Below the pieces are notes generated by a model. That model made no database searches, was not told where the DNA came from, and worked only from the letters and a program-made list of their open reading frames with translations. The translations under genes and the position numbers were made by a program. Below, one piece after another: positions 31,282 through 32,000 of a stretch of 32,000 bases of DNA (the first letter of the stretch is position 1; each line of letters starts with the position of its first letter). This DNA is from Fibrobacter succinogenes subsp. succinogenes S85 (GTDB lineage Bacteria; Fibrobacterota; Fibrobacteria; Fibrobacterales; Fibrobacteraceae), in assembly GCF_000146505.1 (NCBI RefSeq), contig NC_017448.1, forward strand, positions 2,370,001 to 2,402,000. Direction: 5' to 3'.

Positions 31282-32000
31282 ATGAGTGGAATTATTAACT
31301 CAGTCGCGGACTTCGCCTCGAGCACAGGATTCGCGCAGATTACCGTTCCGATGGTAATCATGTGGATCGTGAGCTTCGTGTTGATGTTCCTTGCGATTGT
31401 CAAAAAATACGAACCGCTTCTGCTCTTGCCGATTGCTATCGGCGCACTTGCGGTGAACATCCCGTCCGTCGCGTTCTACGACGGTGGCTGGAGCATCGAA
31501 GGTATGTTCAGCCCGACTGGCGGTCTCTACTACTACATCAGCCAGGGTATCCATCTGGAACTCTTCCCGCCCATCATCTTCTTGGGCGTGGGTGCCATGA
31601 CGGACTTTGGACCGCTTATCGCTAATCCGCGTACGCTCATCCTCGGTGGTGGCGCACAGTTTGGCGTGTTCATGACCATGTTTGCAGCTGTCGCTCTCGG
31701 TGGCTTTACGCTCGGTGAAGCAGCTTCCATCGGTATCATCGGTGGTGCTGACGGTCCGACGTCCATCTTCACTGCGAACAAGCTTGCTAAGCACCTCATC
31801 GGCCCCATCGCTGTTGCTGCTTACACCTACATGGCTCTCGTGCCGCTCATCCAGCCGCCTATCATGCGCGCTATGACGAACGACGCTGAACGCAAGATTC
31901 GCATGAAGGCTCTCCGCCAGGTTTCCAAGGCCGAACGCATCGTGTTTGCCGTGATGGTGATGATCGTTTGCGTGCTTGTCGTGCCGGATGCTTCTGCCCT
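31282..32000 (+). CDS. Na+-translocating decarboxylase beta subunit (OadB/MmdB/GcdB family), 3'-truncated by the window end
   Basis: This ORF is not in the ORF track because no stop is reached. My translation from the ATG at 31282 gives MSGIINSVADF...KKYEPLLLLPIAIGALAVN...FPPIIFLGVGAMTDFGPLIANP...GIIGGADGPTSIF...AVAAYTYMALVPLIQPPIM, all hallmark OadB-family segments. Confidence 0.88.
   Translation, partial: MSGIINSVADFASSTGFAQITVPMVIMWIVSFVLMFLAIVKKYEPLLLLPIAIGALAVNIPSVAFYDGGWSIEGMFSPTGGLYYYISQGIHLELFPPIIFLGVGAMTDFGPLIANPRTLILGGGAQFGVFMTMFAAVALGGFTLGEAASIGIIGGADGPTSIFTANKLAKHLIGPIAVAAYTYMALVPLIQPPIMRAMTNDAERKIRMKALRQVSKAERIVFAVMVMIVCVLVVPDASA

Noticed and set aside
30029-31808. Minus-strand ORFs 30029..30730, 30259..30702, 30860..31282, 30943..31260, 31300..31794 and 31533..31808
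   Set aside because: They are antisense to the decarboxylase subunit genes. The plus-strand products carry clear family motifs (biotinylation site, OadB segments).

Overview
This is a chromosomal window of roughly 50% GC judged by eye (not computed). The gene content looks like Fibrobacter, F. succinogenes-type: a 357-aa GH5 enzyme with no signal peptide, an OmpA protein carrying thrombospondin-type-3 repeats, and many secreted lipoproteins. That taxon call is inference only. I support 30 protein-coding genes, one tRNA-Val(CAC), two gene fragments and about a dozen hairpin terminators. All family calls rest on motif recognition; no searches were run.

Gene order:
- secreted esterase (-)
- NYN/LOTUS protein (+)
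- TolC-family OMP (-)
- tRNA-Val (-)
- ptsN-like EIIA (-)
- aroD (-)
- a co-directional block: clpP, ftsY, membrane protein, thioredoxin-like protein, membrane GT2 synthase, small OM barrel (+)
- a ~2.5 kb AT-richer islet (10230-12762) holding an orphan lipoprotein, a truncated hydrolase 5' fragment, a 3' remnant of a GH5 paralog, and a GNAT-toxin/small-partner pair
- GH5 cellodextrinase-like gene plus a small upstream ORF (-)
- mqnA-like gene and a REC-GGDEF regulator (+)
- MacB-type ABC ATPase, permease and eda (-)
- Wzc-like tyrosine kinase co-polymerase and the OmpA/TSP3 protein (+)
- gtrA-like gene (-)
- acetyl-CoA hydrolase/transferase (+)
- two tandem paralogous lipoproteins with C-terminal histidine-phosphatase domains (+)
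- a Na+-decarboxylase membrane module: OadG-like, biotin carrier, and beta subunit truncated by the window end

I found no transposase, integrase, phage gene, CRISPR array or rRNA.

The most unusual signal is non-coding. At seven or more loci the sequence directly after a stop codon is a 7-nt-periodic array rich in TAG/TAA. One sequence class has conserved copies and a hairpin that differs by two compensatory base-pair swaps.

The second point of interest is the TacT/AtaT-like GNAT toxin. Its partner is not DUF1778-like, and the pair sits in the scar of a degraded GH5 paralog.
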